Source: an uncultured Spirochaetota bacterium
Lineage (GTDB): Bacteria > Spirochaetota > Brevinematia > Brevinematales > JAOACQ01
DNA: 64,000 nt
Direction of reading: 5' to 3'
Assembly (NCBI GenBank): GCA_963783575.1
Contig: CAWAOD010000013.1
Span: 96,001 to 160,000 of the forward strand
Position numbers and translations under genes: made by a program. The notes under the pieces were generated by a model. The model ran no database searches, had not been told where the DNA came from, and saw only the letters and a program-made list of their open reading frames with translations. Shown here piece after piece: positions 39,925-49,703 of this stretch. Position 1 is the first letter of the stretch. Each line of letters begins with the position of its first letter.

Positions 39925-40190
39925 TAGGCAATTATAGTCGCTAGTCGCTAGTCGTCAGTCTTTAGCCTTTTTCTTCACATTCTTTCCAGCAACTTTATTT
40001 TAATTGTTTCAAATAATAGCCAAACAACCAAGCCTAACCCGTCTCATCCCCCGCCTTATTGGTCCCTATATTTATCGATCCCGCTGTTGGCATTCTCTTG
40101 TATTGGAATGGGAGCTCTTACCCCTGTAAACCCATGTCTCTATATTATAATAATTAGACCAATAACCAGATTTTAATCACGATGAAAAAG

Positions 40191-40445
40191 CTATTCAGCT
40201 TCCAGCAAACCTTTAACGGAAATATCTTCATCAATAGATTCCCAATGTATTCCGATCCCACCGCCTATAAACTCCCATTCGCTCAGTTCGGCTTCCGAAG
40301 CGTTCCTTAATCGTGGAAACCATTCCAGTGGCGCGGAAACAACGCGGCCGTCTTCAAGAAATACCGTCAATTCTTCTTTTGTAACCTTAACATCTATAGC
40401 TCGCGACGACATTACTACCAGCTTTTGTTTAATCAAAGTATCCAT
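40191..40445 (-). CDS. DUF2442 family protein (putative TA partner)
   Basis: LEDGR..SAPLEWFPRL, GIHWESIDEDISV..LL. Confidence 0.9.
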   Translation of the reverse strand: MDTLIKQKLVVMSSRAIDVKVTKEELTVFLEDGRVVSAPLEWFPRLRNASEAELSEWEFIGGGIGIHWESIDEDISVKGLLEAE

Positions 40446-40665
40446 GCCATGCCTCCTTGAGCAGTTCAAGATTTTCCTCAATGATCCCGCGGATTTCGGT
40501 TAATTCGTGATTTTTAAACCTTATGTTTTCCGCAAGCGATACATCCGGTTTAATCCAGTATTTAGCGTACTGATCACCTTTCGCTATGTGTATATGCGCT
40601 GGTTCATTCCTTTCATTACTGAAAAAGAAAAACCGGTAACCCCGAATATATAAAATCCTTGGCAT
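40429..40665 (-). CDS. DUF4160 family protein (putative TA partner)
   Basis: MPRI..GYRFFFFSNE..EPAHIH, AKYWI, LKEAWHGYF; overlaps the DUF2442 gene. Confidence 0.9.
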   Translation of the reverse strand: MPRILYIRGYRFFFFSNERNEPAHIHIAKGDQYAKYWIKPDVSLAENIRFKNHELTEIRGIIEENLELLKEAWHGYFD

Positions 40666-40802
40666 CTGCTCATTACTCCTAAAACATATTTTAACTATCA
40701 GGCAACTTTTTATCAAATTTATTCCATTCAAAAGTATAGCTTTCTCTCAATAATACATCAAAATACAATTCATATCAAAATATTAAATTTCCATTTCCAT
40801 TA

Positions 40803-40831
40803 TTGACAGGTGTATCAGTTTAATCTATAAT
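40803..40831 (+). promoter_or_regulatory. sigma70 promoter
   Basis: exact TTGACA-N17-TATAAT. Confidence 0.85.
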
Positions 40832-40859
40832 AGACATATTTATACAGGGGTATGTCATT

Positions 40860-42218
40860 ATGGTAAAGCAATCAATCCTGGTGATTGATGATGAAAAAAA
40901 CATTCGTGAAGGGCTGCGCGCGGCTCTCAAACTTGAGGGCTATGATGTCTTGGCTTCCGAAGACGGGCTTGACGGGCTTGAGAAGCTTAAAACAATCGGC
41001 GCAGATGCGGTAATTCTGGACCTGAAAATGCCGAACCTCGGCGGAATGGATTTTCTTGTTCAGGCTCATTCGATAAATAACGAAGCTCCGATAATTATTT
41101 TGACTGGACATGGCGGAGTTGACGAGGCTGTTGAGGCAATGAAGCATGGCGCTTATGATTTCCTGACAAAGCCCGTCAATATAGATAAGCTGTCGCTGGT
41201 TTTAAAGAGAGCGATAGATGAAAATACCAGGCTTCAAAGGCAGAATCAGCTTGAGGAAATGGTTGAGGAAAAATATAATTTCAATAATATCATAGGAAAT
41301 TCCAGGGCTTTTTTAAAGATACTCCAGATTGTCAAGCAGGTTGCCCCGACAGATGCTTCTGTTTTGATCACGGGTGAAAGCGGAACGGGTAAAGAGGTAA
41401 TAGCCAACAGCCTGCATATGAATAGTAAACGTGCAAAAGGACCTTTTATTAAAGTACATTGCGCAGCATTGCCTGAAACTCTTCTGGAAAGCGAACTATT
41501 CGGTCATGAAAAAGGTGCTTTCACCGGAGCGATTGCCAGAAAAAGGGGAAGGTTCGAACTGGCTGACGGCGGAACGATTTTTCTGGATGAGATCGGGGAG
41601 ATTTCACAAAATGTCCAGGTTAAACTGCTCAGGGTTCTTCAGGAACAGGAATTTGAGCGTGTCGGAGGGGAAGAAACTTTAAAGGTAAACCTAAGGATCA
41701 TTACAGCGACAAACAAGGACTTGAAAAAATCTGTAGAAGAGGGAAAATTCCGCGAAGATCTATTTTACAGGCTGAATATTGTAAATATCCATATTCCGCC
41801 GCTTCGCGACAGAAGGGAAGATATACCCCTTTTCGCTGATAATTTCATCAAATACTTTTCCAGAAAACACGGCAGGGATGTGCGGGATATTCAGCCGAAA
41901 GCATTGAAAATCCTTGAAAATTACCGCTGGCCCGGAAATGTCAGGGAACTGCAGAATTTGATTGAAAATCTGGTAGTTTTAAATACCGGAAATACTATAA
42001 CCGAAGATATGCTGCCCCTTTATATAACAGGTTATGCCGGCAGCGGGGGTTTTCAGGTGGAACCCGGCACTCCCCTGGATGAAATAGAGAAGAGAGCCAT
42101 ACTTTCCACGCTTGATTATTCCAATGGGAATAAGTCTCATGCCGCTAAAATATTAAATATCGGGCGTAAAACACTCCTGCGGAAACTTGAAGAATATGGT
42201 TTACAGAATAAAGAATAA
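40860..42218 (+). CDS. sigma54-dependent response regulator (NtrC/AtoC family)
   Basis: receiver, [29 protein letters not shown], Fis-type HTH. Confidence 0.96.
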   Translation: MVKQSILVIDDEKNIREGLRAALKLEGYDVLASEDGLDGLEKLKTIGADAVILDLKMPNLGGMDFLVQAHSINNEAPIIILTGHGGVDEAVEAMKHGAYDFLTKPVNIDKLSLVLKRAIDENTRLQRQNQLEEMVEEKYNFNNIIGNSRAFLKILQIVKQVAPTDASVLITGESGTGKEVIANSLHMNSKRAKGPFIKVHCAALPETLLESELFGHEKGAFTGAIARKRGRFELADGGTIFLDEIGEISQNVQVKLLRVLQEQEFERVGGEETLKVNLRIITATNKDLKKSVEEGKFREDLFYRLNIVNIHIPPLRDRREDIPLFADNFIKYFSRKHGRDVRDIQPKALKILENYRWPGNVRELQNLIENLVVLNTGNTITEDMLPLYITGYAGSGGFQVEPGTPLDEIEKRAILSTLDYSNGNKSHAAKILNIGRKTLLRKLEEYGLQNKE

Positions 42219-42319
42219 TATTTTCTAATATTATATCGATCTTTTACAAAATTTATTTTTTATTGTATAATTTTCGTCCATAATTAGTTTGTATTATATA
42301 TTTCCGGAGGTTTTTGATC

Positions 42320-43405
42320 GTGAAAGAAAAATTTAAAGTTGGGGTTTTGGGAGCTACCGGGATGGTAGGTCAGAGGTTTATATCGATTCTGGAAAATCAT
42401 CCATGGTTTGATGTGACTTTAGTTGCGGCAAGTCCGCAGTCAAGTGGCAAGTCTTATATAGAAGCCATTAAGAACCGCTGGGTTATGAAGTCAGCAATAC
42501 CAAAAAAAATAGAAAATCTAACGGTACAGAACGCTTCCGATGTTGAAAAGATTACATCACAAATAGATTTTGTTTTCTGCGCGGTCGATATGTCAAAAGA
42601 AGAAATATTTATAATGGAAGAACAGTACGCAAAAGCCGAAACGCCTGTTATTTCAAATAACTCGGCCCACCGTTTTACGCCTGATGTTCCTATGATTCTG
42701 CCTGAGATAAACCCTGAGCATACCGGTGTTATTGATGCACAGAGGAAGAGGCTTGGAGTTAAGCGGGGTTTCATTACCGTAAAACCGAATTGTTCTCTTC
42801 AGAGCTATGTACCCGCCCTTCACCCATTGATAAAATTCGGCATCAAGAATGCGGCTGTCACCACTTATCAGGCAATTTCAGGAGCGGGCAAAACATTTGA
42901 AAACTGGCCCGAAATGATTGATAATGTGATACCTTTTATTAAAGGCGAAGAGGAAAAGAGTGAGAAGGAGCCGTTAAAAATATGGGGCCATATTGAAAAT
43001 GGAATTATTATTCCATCAACAGGTCCGGTTATTTCATCGCAATGTATAAGGGTTCCGGTTACTGACGGGCATCTTGCCGCTGTTTTCATTTCTTTTGAAA
43101 AAAAGCCTTCGGCTGAAGAGATAATTAATCTCTGGAAGAATTATGAAGGCAAGCCGCAGAAATTGAATCTCCCAAATGCGCCGAAGCCTTTCCTGACTTA
43201 CTTCACAGATGAAAACAGGCCTCAGACGAAACCGGACCGAAATCTCGGCAATGGGATGGGTATTGGAATAGGAAGATTAAGAGCTGATAATATTTTTGAC
43301 TATAAGTTCGTTTGCCTCTCACACAACACTATCAGGGGGGCCGCCGGAGGAGCAGTGCTAACCGCGGAACTTCTTGCCGAGGAAGGGTATATACAAAAGA
43401 AATAA
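42320..43405 (+). CDS. asd: aspartate-semialdehyde dehydrogenase
   Basis: VGVLGATGMVGQRF, KPNCS, QAISGAG, RVPVTDGH, SHNTIRGAAGG. Confidence 0.96.
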   Translation: MKEKFKVGVLGATGMVGQRFISILENHPWFDVTLVAASPQSSGKSYIEAIKNRWVMKSAIPKKIENLTVQNASDVEKITSQIDFVFCAVDMSKEEIFIMEEQYAKAETPVISNNSAHRFTPDVPMILPEINPEHTGVIDAQRKRLGVKRGFITVKPNCSLQSYVPALHPLIKFGIKNAAVTTYQAISGAGKTFENWPEMIDNVIPFIKGEEEKSEKEPLKIWGHIENGIIIPSTGPVISSQCIRVPVTDGHLAAVFISFEKKPSAEEIINLWKNYEGKPQKLNLPNAPKPFLTYFTDENRPQTKPDRNLGNGMGIGIGRLRADNIFDYKFVCLSHNTIRGAAGGAVLTAELLAEEGYIQKK

Positions 43406-43424
43406 TTAACATTAGAAAAAATAA

Positions 43425-43446
43425 AGGCTGCCTCTTCGGGCAGCCT
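43425..43446. terminator. terminator hairpin between asd and the Hsp20 genes
   Basis: AGGCTGCC-TCTTCG-GGCAGCCT. Confidence 0.75.
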
Positions 43447-43488
43447 AATTAATTAACCTCAATGTAACAGGGTTAAGCATCATGCTTA

Positions 43489-43827
43489 TTATCCGGCTTT
43501 TACTTCGATTTTCTTTGGTTTTGCCATCTCTGATTTTTCCAGTTCGATTCTGAGAATTCCGTTTTCATACTTTGCGTTAATATTTTCGCGGTTTACTTTA
43601 TTTCCGATTGTGAATTCCCTTTTATAATCTGCAAGTGAAAATTCCGTTACTACCGGTTTCCAGTCTTTATCTGCCTCAAGGATTTTACCGCTTACGGAAA
43701 GTGTGTCAGCATTGGAATCAATCTCAATCGCGTCCTTATTAACTCCCGGCATATCCATCACCAGTATATATTTATCTGATGTTTCAAATATATCGACGGG
43801 CGGTGTCATATAAGTTCTTTCACTCAT
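43489..43827 (-). CDS. Hsp20/alpha-crystallin small heat shock protein
   Basis: PPVDIFET, DMPGV, YENGIL.I, KPKKIEV. Confidence 0.93.
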   Translation of the reverse strand: MSERTYMTPPVDIFETSDKYILVMDMPGVNKDAIEIDSNADTLSVSGKILEADKDWKPVVTEFSLADYKREFTIGNKVNRENINAKYENGILRIELEKSEMAKPKKIEVKAG

Positions 43828-43840
43828 ACTATCCTCCTAT

Positions 43841-44263
43841 TTATTGTACTTTTATAGAAATTTTTTTCGGCTTAGCCTGTTCTTTCTTTGGAATATGTAC
43901 CATCAGCATTCCGTTTAAGAGCTTAGCCTCGATCTTATCCAGATCGGCATCGTCGGAAATCCTGTAGCTTCTGGTAAAATTAATGACGGATCTTTCATTT
44001 CTCAAAATTCTTTTATCTTTATCCGCCTTCATATCAGGAATCCTTTTAAGCGATATAGAGAGTATACCATTAGAATAATTTACCGAAATATCTTCAAGTT
44101 TTACTCCGGGAGCAAGGAACTGAAGCATATAACCGCTATTGTTCTCAAAAATGTTTGTCAATTCAGCTTCCTCATTTTTATATTCACCGGTACCGGAATT
44201 TGATAACAAGTCATCAAGTAATGATCTCATTCTTTCAAACTCATAAACAGGATTATAAATCAT
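43841..44263 (-). CDS. Hsp20/alpha-crystallin small heat shock protein
   Basis: APGV, FTRSYRI, LLNGML.VHIPK, KPKKISI. Confidence 0.93.
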   Translation of the reverse strand: MIYNPVYEFERMRSLLDDLLSNSGTGEYKNEEAELTNIFENNSGYMLQFLAPGVKLEDISVNYSNGILSISLKRIPDMKADKDKRILRNERSVINFTRSYRISDDADLDKIEAKLLNGMLMVHIPKKEQAKPKKISIKVQ

Positions 44264-44297
44264 ATTTTCCTCCTTTAATTTATTATTTTACTTACTT

Positions 44298-44750
44298 TCA
44301 GGAAACTTTCACGCTTATCTTTTTAGCATCGATTTCCTTGCTTTTCGGTATGGTCACGGTTAAAACACCCTTTGTATAATCAGCACCGATTTTATCCTGC
44401 CGAATATTTTCAGGTAATGTGACACTTCTTGTAAATGAACCGTAACTCCTTTCCATACGGTGATAATTCTTAGAATTTGTTTTATGTTCTTCCTGTTTTT
44501 CACCGCTGATTGTCAAAATATTCCCTTCAACTTCCACATTCAGATCCTTTTCTTCAATTCCCGGGATATCGGCTTTTACAATCACGCTGTTGTCCTTTTC
44601 GTAAACATCAACTCTCGGATTCCAGTCAGTTCTTACCAGGTCAGTTGAAAAGAAATCATCATCAAAGAACCTGTTGAAAAGGTCTGAAAAAGTCTGGCTT
44701 ACATCTCTTCTCAGGGCTGACCCTTCGGGTTCCCTTTTAATCAATTTCAT
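44298..44750 (-). CDS. Hsp20/alpha-crystallin small heat shock protein
   Basis: PRVDVYE, ADIPG, ERSYGSFTRS.TLP, GVLTVTIPK. Confidence 0.95.
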   Translation of the reverse strand: MKLIKREPEGSALRRDVSQTFSDLFNRFFDDDFFSTDLVRTDWNPRVDVYEKDNSVIVKADIPGIEEKDLNVEVEGNILTISGEKQEEHKTNSKNYHRMERSYGSFTRSVTLPENIRQDKIGADYTKGVLTVTIPKSKEIDAKKISVKVS

Positions 44751-44785
44751 AAACAACCTCCTAAAATAACAATATATGAAATTTA

Positions 44786-44801
44786 TGCAAAATTTATACC
44801 A
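44786..44801 (-). promoter_or_regulatory. sigma54 promoter of the Hsp20 operon
   Basis: minus strand TGGTATAAATTTTGCA (GG-N10-GC). Confidence 0.7.
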
Positions 44802-44895
44802 GAAGTCAACTATTATTAATTAATTATTTTATTATTTACAGGTTAATAAATTATGAATCATAATATAACATACTATAATTACTTTATAACTAATA

Positions 44896-44920
44896 TATTT
44901 GTATCATAATGATACAAATA
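44896..44920. promoter_or_regulatory. perfect palindrome, candidate enhancer (UAS)
   Basis: TATTTGTATCAT-A-ATGATACAAATA about 100 bp upstream of the sigma54 site. Confidence 0.55.
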
Positions 44921-44990
44921 AATACCATGGGTATTATTGACACATTTAGCATATATTGTATTAAAGTCTTGAATAGATACAACAAAATGT

Positions 44991-45563
44991 TTATTCCAGG
45001 AAGATAAGTAAAAAAATTAAAAGGGAAGGAAATATTTTTGGATTTTCAAGTTTCAGAAGGATATTTTTTATTTCAATACCGCAGCCGAATCCGCCTATAA
45101 ATTTCTGTTTATCATGCACGGTAAAAAACTTTTTATAAACAATCCTGTGGCATGGAATTATAATAGGAAACGGATTTCTGGAAAGGGCCAAGGCAACAGC
45201 CCGCCTGTAATTATACCCTCCCGACATCAGAGCGAGTTCCTCATACGAAATGACTTTACCGTAAGGAACTTTTAACAATGCTTCAAAAACCCTTTTTTGA
45301 AAGATTGATAATCTACCCATATTGAGGGGCAGAATTTCTTTTCCGAAAGAGTTCAATCCGGTCGGTTTATTGCCCGATAAATAATCGTTGAACCAGTCTA
45401 AAATGACTTTATTCATTCCGTATGATTTTTCTGGGACTTTTACATCGGTGTTCCAATCTCCTTCAAACCTCTGCGATAATTTTATTTCATCTATTTTTTC
45501 ATTACGGAGGATTATATTGACTGACAAAAGTCCTTTAGATATAGTCAATTCTGGACCACTCAT
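44991..45563 (-). CDS. ogt: methylated-DNA-protein-cysteine methyltransferase
   Basis: VPYGKVISY.ELA, RAVA.AL..NP.PIIIPCHRIV. Confidence 0.9.
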   Translation of the reverse strand: MSGPELTISKGLLSVNIILRNEKIDEIKLSQRFEGDWNTDVKVPEKSYGMNKVILDWFNDYLSGNKPTGLNSFGKEILPLNMGRLSIFQKRVFEALLKVPYGKVISYEELALMSGGYNYRRAVALALSRNPFPIIIPCHRIVYKKFFTVHDKQKFIGGFGCGIEIKNILLKLENPKIFPSLLIFLLIFLE

Positions 45564-45703
45564 ATAATTTCTCCGATATTATTTCAGTCTTTAAGAAACC
45601 CAATTGATTCCCTAATAGTTGATGCATATTATAATTCCACAATAGATTATAGTCAAAATTAGATAAGCTCCACCCTCCCTCTTCAGAACAAGGGGGCATG
45701 CCC

Positions 45704-47054
45704 CATAAGCGCTAACTTGATTCTTGATATTTTTACAAATCATAGCTATAATATTTATATGGAGGCGGCTATGATTAATGAAGATTGGAATATTTTAGTT
45801 TCAATGTTTCCAATAGGTTGGCGTGAAAAGGCAAAGGAAACGGGTGCATTAAGGGGATTGCGTAAGTGCAAATCTGAGGAGGACTTGCTCAGAACCCTTT
45901 TGATTCATCTGGCTGGCGGGTTTTCTCTAAGAGAAACAGTAGTAAGGGCTCGTGAAGCCAATTTAGCAGATTTATCTGATGTTGCCTTGCTGAAGCGATT
46001 AAGAAAGAGTTCGGATTGGTTGGCGTCATTATGTGAAGGTTTATTTGAGGAGCGAGGTGTGAAACTGGAAAATAAAGATGGATTTGAAGTTCGCCTTCTT
46101 GATGCTACTGTAGTTAAAGAACCTGGAAGGACGGGAAGTTTATGGAAGGTTCATTACAGTCTTAGACTACCTACATTCAAGTGTGACTACTTTCGCGTAA
46201 CTCAAATGAACGGTATAGGGACGGGTGAGTCGTTTAAACAATTTGATTTGAAACCGGGTGATTATATTATAGGTGATCGAGGTTATGGTCAGGCTCCGGG
46301 AATAAAGTTTGCCGTTGAGCAGAAAGCTTCTCTATTGGTCCGCATCAGCCCTCATCATGTTGTAGTTAGCGATTCATCCGGTAAGCCATTTAATTGGCTG
46401 GATAGATTATCAGAAGTTTCGAAATCGGGACAAGCATGTTCATGGAATGTTCATTTACAATGCCCTGATAAAACCACTGTTTCCGGTAGAGTTTGTGTTA
46501 TAAGAAAATCTGAACAAGCTATTCTTAAGGCTCACAAACGTATTAAAAAGCATGCTATAAAAAAGAGTCAGAAGTTAAAACCGGAGACACTAATATATGC
46601 GGAGTTTGTGATTGTATTCACAACTTTTGAAGAGTCAAGTTTTCCGCCGGCAGAAATACTGCGATGGTATAGATTACGATGGCAGGTTGAATTAGTATTT
46701 AAACGTTTTAAGCAACTTGCGGAACTTGGGCATTTGCCTAAATATACAGATGAAAGTTCCAAGGCTTGGCTGTATGGCAAATTGTTTGTGGCCCTGTTAA
46801 ACGAAAAACTTATCTGGCAAGCCCAGACTTTTTCCCCCTGGGGTTATGATATTATTAATCAGGGCAGGGATAGTAAGCCGTTGGCGTGAATTTGCATTTA
46901 TGCTTCATGAAATGCAGAGAGTAATTATTCCATGCCTTTCGCTTACCGGTATTTTTATAAATTGGATAAGAATTTCCAGAGGACTTATTAATAAAAAGAG
47001 AAGAAGAAAAATGCAAATTGTGGAATATTTTTCCTTAACAAGTTAGCGCTTATG
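45704..47054 (+). mobile_element. IS4-family insertion sequence, IS186-like (1351 bp)
   Basis: TIRs CATAAGCGCTAACTTG / CAAGTTAGCGCTTATG; 11-bp target duplication GGGGCATGCCC at 45693-45703 and 47055-47065. Confidence 0.95.
45771..46889 (+). CDS. IS4-family DDE transposase (IS186/InsL-like)
   Basis: LSDVALLKRLRK, RLLDAT, IGDRGY, YREK-type YRLRWQVELVFKRFK. Confidence 0.95.
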   Translation: MINEDWNILVSMFPIGWREKAKETGALRGLRKCKSEEDLLRTLLIHLAGGFSLRETVVRAREANLADLSDVALLKRLRKSSDWLASLCEGLFEERGVKLENKDGFEVRLLDATVVKEPGRTGSLWKVHYSLRLPTFKCDYFRVTQMNGIGTGESFKQFDLKPGDYIIGDRGYGQAPGIKFAVEQKASLLVRISPHHVVVSDSSGKPFNWLDRLSEVSKSGQACSWNVHLQCPDKTTVSGRVCVIRKSEQAILKAHKRIKKHAIKKSQKLKPETLIYAEFVIVFTTFEESSFPPAEILRWYRLRWQVELVFKRFKQLAELGHLPKYTDESSKAWLYGKLFVALLNEKLIWQAQTFSPWGYDIINQGRDSKPLA

Positions 47055-47160
47055 GGGGCATGCCCCCTTGTTCTGAAGAGAATGTCCATCATAGTTTCTT
47101 TATAATAACTTGACTTTTACCCTGACTGAATTTAGAATTTTTATCCTTGGTAAAAGAAAT

Positions 47161-47236
47161 CGGGGTGTAGCGCAGTTTGGTTTAGCGCACTACCTTGGGG
47201 TGGTAGGGGCCGTCAGTTCGAATCTGACCACCCCGA
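47161..47236 (+). tRNA. tRNA-Pro(GGG), CCA not encoded
   Basis: acceptor CGGGGTG/CACCCCG, anticodon arm CTACC-TTGGGGT-GGTAG, T-loop TTCGAAT; TTGACT-N17-TAGAAT promoter at 47110-47138. Confidence 0.95.
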
Positions 47237-47241
47237 ATGAT

Positions 47242-47272
47242 AAAAAAGGACACGGAAAGCCGTGTCCTTTTT
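47242..47272 (+). terminator. intrinsic terminator after tRNA
   Basis: AAAAAGGACACGG-AAAG-CCGTGTCCTTTTT. Confidence 0.9.
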
Positions 47273-47322
47273 ACATAGAGTAATTCATCTAATTTTACTA
47301 CGCCTAAAAGGTTGGTTTTATT

Positions 47323-48210
47323 ATGATAAAAGAAATTTCAATAATAACTACTGAAATTAAAGAGCTGAAAAAATTATTCAGCGGTAAAGTCCGTGATATT
47401 TATGAGATTTCAAATGATAAGTGGCTTATTGTGACAACGGACAGGATATCCGCTTTTGATGTCGTATTCAGGGAAGGAATCCCCGGCAAAGGTATAATCC
47501 TTAACAGGATTTCTAATTTCTGGTTTTCCAGGATCAATTTTATTGAAAATCATATAATTTCAACAACACCGGAAAAAGAACTTCCATTTCTCACCGGTTA
47601 CGAAGGCATTCCGGAACGTTCTGTTATCGTACGGAAAGTAAATCGCCTTCCTATAGAATGCGTGGTTAGAGGTTATTTATTCGGCAGTGTTTATGATGAA
47701 TACCGAATCAAGGGCACAGCCGGAGGCATAAAGCTGCCTTTGGGTTTATCATTGGCGGAAATTCTTCCTCAACCTATTTTCACACCGTCTACGAAAGCGG
47801 AAACCGGGCATGATGAAAATATTGGAAATGAAGAATTTATAAAGACAGCCGGTAAAAAATATGGAAGCAGAATCAAACAGTTTGCTTTAGAAATTTACAA
47901 AACTGCCTGTAAGTTAATGGAAGAAAAAGGAATCATACTTTCGGATACAAAATTCGAGTTTGGGATTGATAATAACAACAAGCTGATTCTTGTAGACGAA
48001 GTTCTTACACCCGATTCCTCACGATATTGGGTGAAGGAAGGCTATAAAACCGGGGAAAGCCCGAAAAGCTACGATAAACAATTTTTGAGGGATTATTTAA
48101 ATACGGTCATCTGGGATAAAAAACCCCCGGCGCCGGTATTGCCCGATGAAATAATAGAAAAGACTAAAGAAAAATACAGGCAGATTCTTGAAATTATTAC
48201 CTCTTTATGA
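47323..48210 (+). CDS. purC: phosphoribosylaminoimidazole-succinocarboxamide synthase
   Basis: SGKVRDIY, TDRISAFD, PIECVVRGYL, DTKFEFG, DEVLTPDSSRYW. Confidence 0.97.
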   Translation: MIKEISIITTEIKELKKLFSGKVRDIYEISNDKWLIVTTDRISAFDVVFREGIPGKGIILNRISNFWFSRINFIENHIISTTPEKELPFLTGYEGIPERSVIVRKVNRLPIECVVRGYLFGSVYDEYRIKGTAGGIKLPLGLSLAEILPQPIFTPSTKAETGHDENIGNEEFIKTAGKKYGSRIKQFALEIYKTACKLMEEKGIILSDTKFEFGIDNNNKLILVDEVLTPDSSRYWVKEGYKTGESPKSYDKQFLRDYLNTVIWDKKPPAPVLPDEIIEKTKEKYRQILEIITSL

Positions 48211-48217
48211 CTAATTT

Positions 48218-48710
48218 ATATATAAGTTAATCCGGTCTTTTTAATTTTTGGTTCATCCGACTAAAGCGTACTTCGAATAAACTATCCCCGTAGCAAGCTG
48301 CGGGGTATTATGAATGCAGAATAGCGGGAAGCCAACTTGATAGGTAGCGCAGTAAACTGCGGGGAATCATACCCGGGTCAAGCGGCGCTTGTTGAAAAGA
48401 AACAATTCACAGGAAGACTAGAAGCGATGCCCTGAGTATATCGAAGGGTCGGGAAGCAAGTCCTGAGCTTGTCGAAGGATTAAGTATTGGAATGGGGAGA
48501 TCCCAATCCAAACAGATGGGGATGTAACCATTATTTACACGAATGGATTCGATAGGTTCACCACTGGTTTTTACTAATTCTTGTTAATTAGTGCAATTCG
48601 TGGCAAAGATTCTTCGTGGCTTCTTGCCTTCCTGTGAAAAACATATAAACACCCACTTAAATATTCGCTTAGAAGTGACCATATATAAGTTAATCCGTTC
48701 TTTTTAATTT
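48218..48710. repeat. composite cluster of nested palindromic repeats bounded by a 30-bp direct repeat
   Basis: ATATATAAGTTAATCCG(G/T)TCTTTTTAATTT at 48218-48247 and 48681-48710; interior made of at least four repeat families. Confidence 0.8.
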
Positions 48711-48740
48711 AAATGCCGATTTTAACAGGAGAATTATTAA

Positions 48741-49328
48741 ATGGAAACAAGGGAAGAAATAACATCAGCTGAGTTGAAAGATCACCACCCGATCTTTTTA
48801 AAGTTCGCGCCGGCATGGAAAAGGGTGTTGGCTTATATAATCGATATTGTAGTACTTGAAGTCATTGTTAGTATAATGTTCACAGTCACATTTTACAGGG
48901 ATTTATCTCAAATAATAACTCAGAACGATTTTAACCTTCAATATAAATTAATACTCGCTTTCTGGAATAACCACAGTTTTCAAAAACTTATAGTCGATTA
49001 TATACTTCAGGCGGCATATTTCAGCCTGCAATGGACCGGAAGCAGTCGAACCCTTGGGGCAAGACTGCTTAAAATCGCAGTAATTACAATGGACAAAAAA
49101 AAGCTCACCCTGATTCAGGGCATTGTCAGGTATTCCATTCTGTCTTTATCTTCAGTGGCTTTTTATATACCGCAGATTTTTGTTATCAATTCAACTTACC
49201 ATCAGCGTATACATGATATATTGACAAATACGGTAGTTGTCGAAGTGCCTGAGATGCCTGATAAGAATGAACCCGAACATGACTCCGGAGAAACTGTAAA
49301 TGATAAGACCAACGATGAAAATGTTTAA
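48741..49328 (+). CDS. RDD family protein
   Basis: APAWKRVLAYIID, RTLG..LLKI.V, QRIHDILTNTVVV. Confidence 0.9.
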   Translation: METREEITSAELKDHHPIFLKFAPAWKRVLAYIIDIVVLEVIVSIMFTVTFYRDLSQIITQNDFNLQYKLILAFWNNHSFQKLIVDYILQAAYFSLQWTGSSRTLGARLLKIAVITMDKKKLTLIQGIVRYSILSLSSVAFYIPQIFVINSTYHQRIHDILTNTVVVEVPEMPDKNEPEHDSGETVNDKTNDENV

Positions 49329-49703
49329 CAAGCGTGTCGCTTGATCCGGTTTATGCTGCGATGTTTATTTATATTTATTCCATAAAATATTAACATTCAC
49401 ATAGTATAGTAAAAATATTTGCTAAAAATAAATCTTGAATTTATACTATCTTAGTTTTTATGGCTAATTCAAATAATAATGATGGATAAGGGATTGTTAA
49501 TAAGACAATTATACAAGCTTGCCGGCTTCTTGAAATACTTTTTTTTGAAAATTATTGAAGATTGCTTTAAACCGGAGTATATTTATTAAAACAAATTAAG
49601 AGGTTTGTTCTGGTTGCAGTTGTTCCGGTTTATGTTTTTCAGAAAAACTTGACAGGATTATTTATAAAGTGATAAAATATACCGATTAAGGGGAAATTAA
49701 ATC

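Noticed and set aside
47161..47236. tRNA as attachment site of an integrated element
   Set aside because: No duplicated tRNA 3' end and no integrase seen in the window
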